Shown: piece after piece, positions 49,320 through 61,757 of the stretch | How positions within the stretch are numbered: the first letter of the stretch is position 1 | Layout of the letters: the number at the start of each line of letters is the position of its first letter | Assembly (NCBI GenBank): GCA_038087875.1 | Contig: JAXLNO010000284.1 | Coordinates: 1-64,000 of the forward strand | Reading direction: 5' to 3' | Origin: Malacoraja senta | Lineage: Eukaryota | Length of the DNA stretch: 64,000 nt | Notes under the pieces: model-generated | Seen by the model: only the letters and a program-made list of their open reading frames with translations | Told to the model about the DNA's origin: nothing | Database searches by the model: none | Position numbers and translations under genes: made by a program

Positions 49320-50510
49320 CATGTTGGGTTTATGTAGTGTACCTTGACTATCAGAAAGCATTTGATAAGGTCCCACATAGGAGAATGGTGGGCAAAAGTA
49401 GGGCACATAGTATTGGGGGTAGAGTGCTGACATGGATAGAAAATTGGTTGGCAGACAAGAAACTAAGAGTAGGGATTAACGGGTCCCTTTCAGAATGACA
49501 GGCAGTGAGTAGTGGGGTACCGCAACGCTCGGTGCTGGGAACGCAGCTATTTACAATATACATCAATGATTTGGATGCAGGGATTCAAAGTAACATTAGC
49601 AAATTTGCAGATGACACAAAGCTGGGTGGCAGTGTGAACTGTGAGAAGGATGCTATGAGAATGCAGGGTGACAGGTTGGGGGAGTGGGCAGATGCATGGC
49701 AGATGACGTTTAATGTGGATAAATGTGAGGTTATCCGCTTTGGTAGCAAAAACAGGACGGCATGTTACTATCTAAATGGCGCCAAGTTGGGAAAAGAGGA
49801 AGTACAACGGGATCTGGGGGTCCTTGTTCATCGGTCAATGAAAGTAAGCATGCAGGTACAGCAGGCAGTGAATAGAGCGAATGGCATGTTGGCCTTTATA
49901 ACAAGAGGAATCGAATATAGCAGCAAAGAGGTCATTCTGCAGTTGTACAGAGCCCTCGTGAGACCCCACCTGGAGTATTGCGTGCAGTTTTGGTCCCTTA
50001 ATTTGAGGAAGGACATTCTTGCTATTGAGGGGGTGCAATGAAGGTTCACCAGGTTAATTCCCGGGATGGCGGGACTGTTGTATGCTGAGAGAATGGAGCA
50101 GCTGGGCTTGTACACTCTGGAGATTAGGATGAGAGGGGATCTTATTGAAACATATAAGATTGTTAAGGGTTTGGACATGCTTGAGGCAGGAAACATGTTC
50201 CCGATGTTGGCGGAGTCCAGAACCAGGGGCCACAGTTTAAGAATAAGGGGTAAGCCATTTAGAACGAAGAAGAGGAAACACTTTTTCTCACAGAGAGTTG
50301 TGAGTCTGTGGAATTCTCTGCCTCAGAGGGCGGTGGAGGCAGTTTCTCTGGATACTTTCAAGAGAGAGGAAGATAGGGCTCTTAAAGATAGCGGAGTCAG
50401 GGGATATGGGGAGAAGGCAGGAACGGGGTACTGATTGTGGATGATCAGCCACGATCACATTGAATGGAAGGAAGGGCCGAATGACCTACCCCTGCACCTA
50501 TTGTCTATTG
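49320..50510 (+). mobile_element. 5'-truncated CR1 (RT C-terminal half plus 3' UTR)
   Basis: YLDYQKAFDKVPH, KFADDTKLGG, RPHLEYC; CTATTGT tail. Confidence 0.92.
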
Positions 50511-50657
50511 TTGGGGGTTCAGTGTGACTGGGTGTCCTGTGGGAGGGTGTGTTCAGTACAGAGGTGAGGAGGAGATGGAGGAGGCAGAGGGGATGGGTGA
50601 CTTTGCTTCAGTTGACCAGTTGGAGGAAGGGAGTCTGTGGATCCCCGGAGCACGTAC

Positions 50658-50751
50658 CTGGACAGAGTTAAGACATCTATCAAGGATATGGCCGTTGTTA
50701 ACTGGTACCAGGCTGTGCCCAACCACCAGTACACCAGGGGCGGAGCTTTTT
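50658..50751 (-). pseudogene. SUN2: SUN2-like exon (KAPPLVYWWLGTAWYQLTTAISLIDVLTLSR)
   Basis: ctttcag| and |gtacgt, 94 nt, phase 1-2; resembles SUN2 YWWAGTTWYRLTTA. Confidence 0.9.
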
Positions 50752-51247
50752 CTGAAAGAGACAGCAACACAACATTAGACAACGTTGGGCCCGATGCTTC
50801 CCATCAGTGGAAGCGGAGAGAGCTCAGACTCTCCAACACGGAACCCACTGATACTGTGGAACCACGTCAGGCTGAGAGACCTTCTCCCCTGTAAGGACAC
50901 CACAGAAAGTCCACCGCAAGGTGGTGGCAGGAGAACCCAGGGGAGCTGTATGGAACCCGAGAAAAAATAGGTGGCAGGGATATCAATGGGACAACAGCAC
51001 TGATGGCGGTACTGCTGAGGCCACAACGGGCCGAATGGCCTCCTTTTGTATCCAGACTAAATAAACGGGAGATTGTCAATAATTATAATAGATTTATTTT
51101 ATATAGCGCTTTTCAGGACTCAAAGTCGCTTTGACACTTCCACCGAGCAGGGAGTATCACCTTTCAACACAGACAGATTGCCTGGTTGTGGATGGATAGC
51201 AGCCCCCTCTGTCCCAGTCAATCTTATCCCACAACCAACATGGGCAA

Positions 51248-51590
51248 AGATAGACACAAAAAGCTGGAGTAACTCAGCAGGACAGGCAGCATCTCTGGAG
51301 AAAAGGAATAGGGGACGTTTTGCGTCGAGACCCTTCTTCAGACTGAGAGTCAGGGGAAAGGGAAACAAGTGATATAGACGGTGATGTAGAGAGATATGGA
51401 ACAAATGAATGAACGATATGCAAAACAGTAACGATGATGAAGGAAAGGATCCATTGTTGGTTGGCTGTGGGCTCGGTGTTAACGAATTATACAGACAATG
51501 AAACTCACCAGGACGACAGTGAAACTAGTACAATGACTAAGGAGGGGGAGGGACGGAGAGAGAGGGTTACTTGAAGTTAGAGAAATCTAG
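51248..51590 (-). mobile_element. Penelope-derived non-autonomous 3'-end repeat
   Basis: GACACAAAAAGCTGGAGTAACTCAGC terminus and a decayed hammerhead core at 51314-51341. Confidence 0.65.
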
Positions 51591-52128
51591 ATTTATTGAA
51601 CGTGGGCACGTATGCTGATCACCAATATGCTGTGTGCGAGCTTGGCCACGGGCCACCGCCTTACACTACATTTCAAAAGTGTCCTTGGTGCCATACAGCT
51701 GGGGAAATCTAAAGGAGATCCTATTCTTTCATCACCCCAGTGACCCTGGAACACAAACCAGGCCTCCTTAGGTGTTACAACATGACTTCAGTCGGGATCG
51801 AGTAACCGAGCATTGACAGTCAGTCGTCTCTTGACTCTATGGTCCTCTGGGCAACTCACCACTCATCTCAGTGAGTGACCCAGTCAGGCTGAGGGAACAC
51901 ACTGGAGTACCAAGCTGGAAGGCGGCTTCCTCCCGCACTGACTGTGGTCCTAGGCTGCACAAACAACAGAGCACTGGGGACCAGGCCTTGTGCAATCCCT
52001 GGGAGTTTAAGGAGGGAGCAGCGGGCTCTACCTCACCACTGGGTCCAGTATCAGCAGGGCACTGGCTGACTGGAGCAGAGTTTTGGGGCCATGGACCACA
52101 GAAGAGGGAAGATTAGTAATGCAGGTAC

Positions 52129-52197
52129 CTGGAGACAGCAGTGAGATCCAGCCCCACAGCTTGGCAAGGGGAGAGACCGATTCAGAGTACGCCAAAC
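52129..52197 (-). pseudogene. SUN2: SUN2-like exon (LAYSESVSPLAKLWGWISLLSP)
   Basis: ccccag| and |gtacct, 69 nt, phase 1-1. Confidence 0.7.
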
Positions 52198-53315
52198 CTG
52201 GGGGGTGGGAAAGAAGAGCAAGTTGTCAACAACGCAAACTTCTCTCTCAAGGTTTACAATGTTCAAAGGGCCACGTGGCCCAATGTTTGTGCTGCTGTTC
52301 ACAAAAGCACCATGCAACTGATCCGCCCACAGCTCAACTGTTAGTGTGCAGGGCTCGCTGATCGGTGCCGACTTGGTGGGCCGAAGGGCCTGTTTCCATG
52401 CTGTATCTCTAAACTAAACTAAAGGAAGGATGTCAAAAGCCTAAGGTAGACACAAAGTTCTGGAGTAACTCAGCGGGTCAGGCAGCATCACTGTCTGCAA
52501 AAGGATGGGTGACGTTTTGGGTCGGGACCCTTCTTCAGACTTCAAGCCTAAGAATTGATTTAGACAGTGTCTAGAATTACAGTAAAGAGTAATTTGGAAA
52601 AGATAGGAGTCCTCTCGGAACAGAGAAGGTAAAAGAGATGACCTATCAAACGTTAATGTTTGTCGCAGGGTTTTACACGAGAAAGGTTTTGCTATTGAGG
52701 GATCAATAAACAGAGGTCACAGATTCAATACTGACAGGATCCAGAATATTCTCTCCAAAACGCTGCAGGAAGTGGATTCATTAATGATTTTAAATGGATG
52801 GATACACAGGGTATTGCTGCTGATACAACCTGAAGATTACAATGGAACGATGCTCTTTAGCAGAAGCTGCATCACTTTTCACACCTTGGTGAACAGGGGC
52901 TATGCAGGGGGAGGTTGTGGCGTCAAATGGCAGCAGCCTATTTTTTGTGTTTTTTTTTTGTGTGTACATATGTGTGTGTGAATGAATGGTGATTAGCTGC
53001 CCCAAATAACAGCTCAGTCCCCCTGATGTAACCCAGCATCTGGGAAATCTACAATCCTGACAACACGTTCAGCTCCTGCCCATGTGTCAGTCCACGGCCC
53101 ACTCACCCACCCACAGCCCACCTCACTAACAGCCCCTCACCTGCCCCAGTAACGGACCCTCACACCCCGCCCGCTCCATTTACCCTCCCCACCGTCAGCC
53201 CACTTACATGTCCCTCACCCCCTTCCCAGTAACAGCACATGTACCCGCCCCATGTCCCGACACCCGCCCCTTGTAATAGCCCACTCAACCTCACCCTGCC
53301 CCAGCAATGGGGTAT

Positions 53316-53730
53316 TCACCCCCACCCCCAACATCCTCCACTCACCCCCACCCCCAACATCCTCCACTCATCCCCCCACCCCCCAACATCCTCCACTCAC
53401 CCCCCACCCCCCAACATCCTCCACTCACCCCCCCCCACACCCAACACCTCACTCCCACTCACCCCCCACCCAACACACACCACTCACCCCCCTCTCACAC
53501 GCCCCCGCTCACCCCCCTCCCACATCCTCCACTCACCCCCCCGTCCACACCTTAGCAACATCCCCAATTCACCCAGTGCCCACGCCCAACATCTACCACC
53601 CACCCACCTTGTCCCCACCCTGGTTACATCCTCCACTCACCAACCCACCTTGTCCATGCCCTAGTACCTGCCCCCATCTATCTGCCCCACCCTAGTAACA
53701 TCTCCCACCCTGTCCCCACCCTAGTAACAC
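53316..53730. repeat. C-rich degenerate minisatellite (AACATCCTCCACTCACCCC..)
   Basis: Several units of about 27-29 bp at 53330-53450, decaying to the right. Confidence 0.8.
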
Positions 53731-53910
53731 CTCTCACCCACTCATCAAGTGCCCGCTCAGCCGCCCCACTGCCCAACTTCAATATGAAATCCCTAAAGCC
53801 TCTGTTCCAGCCCCAGCCAGTGTGTCCTCTCTGCCGATAGTGCAACGTGCCGCACGTTAGCTGTTCAGGATGAGGGACGTGGGGGGTGAGATGATGAACG
53901 TTCCACTTAC

Positions 53911-54030
53911 CCTGCAGCTCATCCTGGGAGGAGTAGCCAGATGTGGACGACAAGTAGATGTTGGAAGATGTGGAAGGCGCTGTCAGTATCCCCATCCTGC
54001 CGTATGCTCTGTTTAATTTCTCTTCGTAGC
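53911..54030 (-). pseudogene. SUN2: SUN2-like exon remnant (YEEKLNRAYGRMGILTAPSTSSNIYLSSTSGYSSQDELQ); 5' end abuts a repeat
   Basis: Donor G|gtaagt; resembles SUN2 SSSGYSSEDD. Confidence 0.7.
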
Positions 54031-54740
54031 TGTCCTGATTACATGTTATCTTCTTAGCTTTGTTGTCACCTTCCCCTAGCTAACAATGATCTATTCTACA
54101 TTTTCCTTCATCTTTGTCCCCTTTAATCACTTGTTTTCGCACCTTACCCTTCCAGATTGCCCTCTCCCCTGACTAAGTCTGAAGAAGGGTCTCGATCGAA
54201 ACGTTACCCATTCTTTCTCTCCAGAAAGGCATTTGACGGCACTGGGCCTGTATTCGCTGGAGTTTAGAAGAATGAAGGGGGGCCTCATTGAAACTTACCG
54301 AAAAGTGAAAGGTTTGGATAGAGTGGATGTGGAGAGGATGTTTCCACTTGTGGGAGAGTTGAGGACTAGAGTTCATAGCATCAAAATTAAACAACGCTTC
54401 TTTCGGAAGGAGATAAGGAGGAATGTCTTTAGTCAGAGGGTGGTGAATCTTTGCCACTGAAGGCTGTGGAGGCTAATCAGTGGGTATTTTTAATGCAAGA
54501 TAGATAGATTCTTGATTAGTACGGGTGTCAGGGGTTACGGGGAGTAGGCAGGAGAATGGGGTTAGGAGCGAAAGATAGATCAGCCATGATTGAATGGCGG
54601 ACTAGACTTGATGGGACACATGGACTAATTCTTCTCCTATCACTTATGACCTCATGCTGCCTGCCCCGCTGAGTTACTCCAGCATTTTGTCTATCTTTAG
54701 TGTAAACCAACATCTGCAGTTCCTTCCTATAAAAGGAAGG
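54031..54740 (+). mobile_element. Penelope-derived repeat split by a CR1 3' fragment (about 54228-54652)
   Basis: Hammerhead-like CTGAAGAAGGGTCTCGATCGAAACGTT at 54179-54205; element terminus resumes at about 54655. Confidence 0.65.
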
Positions 54741-55403
54741 TATAATCCCTCGCCTCTCAGTAACTGCAGCTCGGTGTCGGTCACCTCCCACCACCAGGGG
54801 GCATCAGACCCAGACCCAGCGCTCCCCACAATAACTGAACCGAGTGTGTTACCAAACACAAGCCCCACAGTAGAGCGGCAGTGCGCCCCTCTCCTGTCCG
54901 CCCGCCTGCCTCCCAGCGCGATAGGCAAAGTCTCACAGCAGCTGTGTGATGATCGCTGGTCAGCGCCGACTCGTTGGGCCAAAGGGCTCGTTTCCAACTA
55001 AAACTGAGAAACTGCAGCACGAGTCTCCGACGTGCACCAGTGATTGCGATACTCTAAACCAAGGAGAAGCCCTGAACCAGTCTGTTGGAGGGAAGGGTTA
55101 AGGCTTTAAGAACACTGTCAAAAGGTCATAAGTGATAGGGGGAATTAGGCCATTCGGCCCATCAATTCTACTCTGACATTCCATCATGGCAGAACTATCT
55201 CTCCACCTGACCCCATTCTCCTGCGTCTCCCCGTAACCCCTGTACTAATGAAGAATCTCTCTATCTCTGCCTTAAAAATATTCACTGACTTGGCCTCCAC
55301 AGCCTTCAGTGGCAATGAATTCCACTGATTCACCACCTTCTGACTAAAGAAATGCGCCGGTGCCCTAATTCCACCCCCCGCGCTGCCCTCCCCGGACACG
55401 TAC

Positions 55404-55582
55404 CGACGGGCTCCTGCCAGCCGCTGCTGCTGCCGAGGTGCAGAGAGCGCTGAGAGCGCTTGGAGGCGTTGCTGACGTTGCTGATGTAGCTACTCAGACT
55501 GCTGACTGAACTATTGGACGGCGAACGTTTGACACCAGGCACAGGTCCCGGCCACTTGCTGTTTGACCTTTTCTTGTACAAC
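55404..55582 (-). pseudogene. SUN2: SUN2-like second coding exon (LYKKRSNSKWPGPVPGVKRSPS...WQEPV)
   Basis: gtttcag| and |gtacgt, 179 nt, phase 2-1. Confidence 0.8.
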
Positions 55583-56343
55583 CTGAAACGATAAAGGGCA
55601 ACGATTTAGGATGGAGGCAGACCAGGACTGCGAAAGAGAAGCAAAAAAGTAACGATGATAAAGGAAACTGGCCATTGCTAGCTATTTGCTAAGTGAGATG
55701 AGAAGCTGGTGCGACTCGGGTGGGGGAGGGATGGAGAGAGTCGCTTGTCAGAGCTGGGAAAGGGGGGGGGAAGAAGATTGTTTCACGCGGGGAAGGAACA
55801 TCATGACTCTCTCTCTCTCCACCTCCTCAAGGAACTGCAGATGCTGGTTTATTTAAAAAGTCACAAAGTGCTGGAGTAACTCAGCGGGTCAGGCAGTCCC
55901 TGTTCACATTCTCTCCAACATACCTCATGAGCCCATCAACCGAATGGCTTCATCAACAACTTATTGTCACGGCAACCCTGCCCTTGGCCTATGGAAGATA
56001 TACCCTACATCCGATCATCCTCCACCTGAGATTCCAAGCAGGAAAGAAGAGGCTGTTGGAACTTTCCTTGAGTTTTTGTCTAGAACTTGTTCCTGTAGGG
56101 AAAGGTTCAGTTGGAGTTGGGGAGAGGGGGGAATGGGAGGGAGGGAGGGGAGGGATTGGGAGTTGGGAGGCGGGGCTGGGGGAGGAGAGGGTGGGGGGGG
56201 AGTTGGAGTTGTGATACACAGCTCCCTGAGTGAGGTACAAGGGTGGAGGCTGCATCTTTACTGTTAGACAGGAGCATAGCTTAGAGAGGAAAGAACGAGA
56301 GGGAGGGGGGGGGAGGAGACAAGAGAGAGTTAGAGAGACGTAC

Positions 56344-56530
56344 CTGACGGGAGTCTCCTTGTAAGAGGGAGCGCCGGATTTGGTGGAGCCTCCGCTGCTG
56401 CTGGAGGCATCGTCGTTGTGCTGGTAGTAGCTGTTGTTGGCCAGATGGGGACTGCGGCAGGACATCCTCACCGTAGCACCACCACCCCGAGCCTCAGCCC
56501 CAGCACGGCACTGCCAGTCTTCCGCACTAA
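56344..56530 (-). pseudogene. SUN2: SUN2-like first coding exon (ATG at 56465: MSCRSPHLANNSYYQHNDDASSSSGGSTKSGAPSYKETPVR)
   Basis: ctcacag| and |gtacgt; resembles the SUN2 N-terminus MSRRSQRL..DDGSSSSGGS..FKDSPLR. Confidence 0.85.
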
Positions 56531-56749
56531 CTGTGAGCAAAGAAAAAGACATCGTGAGTGGCAGCCCTGCACTGGGCACTGGCACCCTGCCCGCTGGCCC
56601 AGAGAGGGAGGGGGTGGGGAACACATTGCTGTCATCCTACACACCCTCCCTGCACATGGCAGGGCACATGGTATTGGGGGTAGAGTGCTGACATGGATAG
56701 ATAATTGATTGGTAGACAGGAAACAAAGAGTAGGGATTAACGGGTCCCT

Positions 56750-59700
56750 AATGGTGTGCTAGACCTAGCAAGCGGGCAGCCGAGCGGGTATCAGCGCCAG
56801 GCTAAAAGCTAACCCCTACAGACCTGCACTTCCTTCTATTCTGCTATCCAACGTTCATTCGCTGGAAACAAAATGGACTACCTTAGTCTGGATTTAACTA
56901 CACAAAGAAAGGTCAGAGACTGCAACGCCATCATCCTCACAGAGACGTGGCTCAACAACTCCGTTTCGGACAATGCCATTCAGCTGGATGGACTAACATC
57001 ATTCCGGGCGGACAGGAGTCATACTCTCAGCGGTAAATCTCGGGGCGGGTGGTGTATGCATTTTCATCAATAACAACTGGTGTACAAATGCCAAAACTGT
57101 GTCAAGCCACTGTTCTGAGGATATAGAATTTCTGAAAATTAAATGCCGACCATTCTACATGCCAAGGGAATTCACAGCCATCAACATCACAGCTGTGTAC
57201 ATTCCACTCAGTGCGAACACAAAGGACGCACTGTCTACATTGTATCAGTCGATCAGCTCAATGCAGAACTCTAACCCGGACTCTGTCTACATAATCGCTG
57301 GCGATTTAAATCAGGCCAAACTGAAGACAGTACTACCACATTATTACAAACATGTGAACTTTGCAACCAGGGGGAATAACATACTCGACCAAGTCTACAC
57401 CAACATCAGACAGGCATTCAGAGCTGCTCCCCATCCCCACCTGGGGAACTCAGACCACCTTTCTGTTATGCTAATTCCAGCTTACAGACCTCTATTGACC
57501 AGGAACAAGCCGGCTGTGAAGCAGATCAGAGCATGGCCAGAGGGAGCCACCTCAGCTCTCAAAGACTGTTTCGACTGTACAGATTGGATCGTTTTTAGGG
57601 AGGCTGCCACTACCAACCATCATGTCAACTTGACGGAATACACTGAATCTGTGACTGGATATACATTCAAATGCATGGAAGATGTGACCGTCATCTAAAA
57701 CATCACCACGAGGGCCAACAACAAACCCTGGTTCACGTGAGCTCCTGAGAGCACGTGTTACGGGTCCCAGGAATGGGCACCGTAAGGCAGATAGATACCG
57801 GTCCCCTGCAGCGACCGGTTCAAGTTTCCCTGACTCTTCTGTTTCTTTAAGCAGCCAACACCTCTGTGGCCTTCCTCCCCACATGAGAAACAATGGTTAC
57901 AGTCTGGGCGGTTTTGTTCAACACATTTTGGACAACCGTATGGTCTATCTCTCGTGGGTCTCATTTTATTTTGAGAATATTGGTTCCTCGCATCTGTTGG
58001 TTGTGACTTAATTTGTCGTTTCACGGCCTCAATCATACTTGTGAGCTCATCTACTTTGGCTGTAAGCTCTTTAATTGGGTCTGTCTTTACTTTTGGCGCC
58101 GCGCTCGCTTGCTTGCTGCACTGTTCTTTTGCTGTATTTGGCTCAAACTGTGCACCATGTGCATGTACTGCAGCCTGCCGACGAAAAGCACCTATCCTCT
58201 TTTGTCTCTCACTTTCTTCACTTATGATTCTCATTACCTGGCGCAGTATTGTCTCATCACTTACTTCACCACTGGACAAGAGAGGTTTTATTTCTCTGCG
58301 TAGGTCACTGTGTTTGTAGCCTAATCCCTGGTAAACTGTATGTAGGAAGCCATCTTGAACAGTAGCTGCACTGTATTTGATACCTGCGTCTGACAGTTTT
58401 GATGTGAATAGGACACGTTGCTTCAAACCTATGACACGATAGAGGAATTGTTGTGGTGTCTCGTTCTCCTCCTGCTTGGCACATATTAACTCTTGGAATA
58501 ACTCTGTACTGCTTTTTTCTCTTAGATGAGCCTGGAGAAATCCCTTGAGTTCCATCACAGTCAAGTCATCCTTCTTCATTAGCATCTCTTTAAAAATTCC
58601 CGGTTTTATTATCCGGAGCACACCACAAACTATCTCTGCATCATGGAAGCCTTCTTTGATCCCTTCCTTTATTTGCTTACAGACATTGTTATAACTGATG
58701 TCTGACGAATGATCACCAACCTGGCCCCCCTTGTACCTTAAACTCCCTTCTCTGGAGGTAGGAAAGATCTCTTATGGAAATCATCCCCTCCCGAATGGGT
58801 CGGACAACTGTCGGGTTGTGGTATGATGAGTCACTTCGAGACTTATTAGCCTGTGCTGCTAATGGCGGTGAGTCTTCTGATGACTGAGTTGTCGGTACCA
58901 TAATGCTTTGTTTCAGCCTTTTACTAAGCTCCTCATAGCTAGTGAGCATTGCCAGTAACTCTGCGTTTGTGGAGTCAGATACAGCAGTAGGTAGTACTGG
59001 GTCAGTTGTGAAAGCATCACTGTTTGGCAAAGTAGAACTGACTTGGGACATTTGGTTAGTAGTATCTCCATGAGCACCTATGGGTTGTATTTCTAGCTCT
59101 GGCAAACCCAATACATTTCGGGTCTTTACAATATCATCAATAGCATCGTTCAAACCCAACAATTCAGACATTCCACTGTCTTCTGACTCTAACAAATGCG
59201 TACTATACATGAATGAACTGATTTTATCGAAGCAGCCTTCATGGTCTCCTTCATGGAGTTCAGACAAGTCCCAATCTGACGTTGAACCCACCTCTTTGGC
59301 GATGTGAAAGAGCTTTGCAGCTGACAAGGTGAGCAGTGACTTCCTAATGTCCCACACTAGGCTCTTCCTCCCACTCTCTGACATGGCACCAGCTTTTCAC
59401 CGTCTTTCACGATGGATCATAGTTCAGCAATGGCCCAGTCTCTACTCCGATTCACCGCTCTCGGCACTCAGCTCGAATCAGCCCTGTCTCGGTCTCAGGT
59501 GTCATTTGTTGATCAGTTCCAGCTCCAACCAGGAAGTGGCGCCGATCCCGGAACGAGCCCCCATGATCTGTTACGGGTCCCAGGAATGGGCACCGTAAGG
59601 CAGATAGATAACCTGTATAAAAAGCAGGTGAGAGATAGCAAATGAGGACACGGTGCGTCTTAATTCATCCCCAGATTGCTTCTGCCGAGATGGGGGGGAA

Positions 59701-61757
59701 GTGCCCTGCTGTTTCCAGTCCCCACAGCAACTGGAGTGACACAGACGTTCCGCCTCACTGCTGTACATTATAAACTGCCAATGCACCATCACATAAATTC
59801 AATCGAGGTGGTCACACCGTCTTAGGTGCGCCACACACGGAATGCTGCTTTCAAGTCCGGGGACAAAGACGCCCTTAATACTGCTAGGGCCAACTTGAAC
59901 CGGGGCGTGAGAACAGCCAAGCGTGTCTATGGACAGAAAATTCAAGCACACTTCACAGACAGTAAGGACCCCAAGCGCCTGTGGCAAGGTATCCAGTCTG
60001 TCACCGGCTACAGGCCAACACCTCCACCATGCGAGGACAACATAGACTTCCTCAACACACTTAACACCTTCTTCAACCGGTTTGAGGAAGACAACACCAC
60101 CACACCAACAAAAGCCCCTCCCTGCCCAGACCATGAAACACTTTACCTGGACCCAGCTGATGTGCGGAGGACCCTACTCAAGGTGAACCCAAGTAAAGCT
60201 GCAGGTCCTGACAACATACCGGGGCGTGTGCTCAGAGACTGTGCTGACCAACTAAGATGTTCTCACGGACATCTACAACACCTCTCTGAACCAAGCCATC
60301 ATACCAGCATGCTTCAAAGCCACCACCATCATACCGCTACCCAAGAAATCACCAGCCTCAACACTGAACGACTACCGGCCCATAGCACTCACGTCCATCA
60401 TGATGAAGTGCTTTGAAAGGTTGGTTAAGGCCCACATAACATCCAGTCTCCCCTCTACACTTGACCCATTCCAGTTTGCATACCGTCCCAACCGTTCCAC
60501 TGATGATGCCATAGCAACAGTACTCCACCTAAGCCTGGCTCATGTGGAAAACAATAACAGTTACGTGCGGTTGCTGTTCATCGATTTCAGCTCCACCTTC
60601 AACACAGTCATCCCCCAACACCTGGTGAATAAACTCGGTGAAATAGGCATCAGCACCCCACTATGCAACTGGTTACTGGACTTCCTCACCGACAGACCAC
60701 AGACAGTAAGAGTTGGCAAAAACTCATCAGAGACCACCATCATGAACACCGGGCTCCCACAGGGATGTGTTCTGAGCCCTCTGTTGTTCACGCTGATGAC
60801 ACATGACTGTTGTGCCAAACATAACTCGAACCACATCATCAAGTTCGCAGATTACACAACAGTGGTGGGCCTCATCAGCCACGATGACGACTCAGCCTAC
60901 AGAGAGGAGGTACAACAACTCATCAACTGGTGTGACATCAATAACCTTCAACTCAATGTCAATAAGACAAAATAAATAACTGTGGACTTCAGGAAGAAAC
61001 AGAGAGCACACACCCCACTCACCATAAATGGCAGTGCAGTGGAGTCTGTGAAAAGCACCAAGTTCCTGGGAGTACACATCACAGATGATCAGACATGGTC
61101 CACCAACATCATCTCCCTAGTCAAGAAAGCACAGCAACGCCTCCACTTCCTTCGACGGATGAGGAGAGCCGACCTCTCCCCTTCTGCCCTCACAACCTTT
61201 TACAGGGGTGCCATTTAGAGCATTCTTACCAGCAGTCTCTCACTCTGGTATGGCAGTTGCTCTGCTGCTGACCAGAAGGCCCTACAGAGAGTGGTGAGGA
61301 CAGCGGAGAAGATCACTAGATCACCCCAACTAGCAATCCAGGACTTATACCCATCTCGCTGTCGCAAGAGAGCAACCAATATCATCAAAGACACCACCCA
61401 CCCAGCGGAGCAAAACCACAGGATTCAAAAACAGCTTTTTCCCTCAGGCCATCAGACTACACAACACACTCAAGAAAATTCCATGAACATTATACAAACA
61501 AAGACCAACTGACTGTCAAATTAACTTTAACCCAATGTCTGCAGTATGCTATTTGCACTTTTCTATATTGCACCTTTTATTAATGAATATTTTATATAAT
61601 GTATATGTCCATTGTCTATTTTTATGGGTATATTGTCTGTGTGTTATAAATATGACTTGCACATTGGAGTATGGGGAAACGCAATTTCAATTCTCTTTGT
61701 AACTACTTGTTGCATTATTTGAATTGACAATAAAGTTACTATTACTATTACTATTAC
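56750..61757 (+). mobile_element. Rex1/Babar-like non-LTR retrotransposon, defective, interrupted by an LTR element
   Basis: APE (LTETWL, AGDLN, SDH) and RT ([28 protein letters not shown]); AATAAA followed by a (TTACTA)n tail; several stops and frameshifts. Confidence 0.85.
57756..59835 (-). mobile_element. Internally deleted Gypsy LTR element (5' LTR, PBS, gag and 42 bp of the 3' LTR)
   Basis: 5' LTR 59569-59835 (TGT...ACA); tRNA-Pro-like PBS TGGGGGCTCGTTCCGGGAT; gag with CFSCGEEGHRGVGC; 3' LTR remnant 57756-57797; TSD CACG. Confidence 0.9.

Larger units (their letters stand above)
30001..56530 (-). pseudogene. SUN2: SUN2-like SUN-domain nuclear envelope gene, multi-exon, disabled
   Basis: Twelve colinear exons resembling remembered SUN2 sequence: MSCRS..DDASSSSGG, GYSSQDE, YWWLGTAWYQLTTA, DYALESAGGSVIHTRCTET..LFGIPLWY, HPGNCW, LLGQYTY. 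Lesions are listed under findings. Confidence 0.85.
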
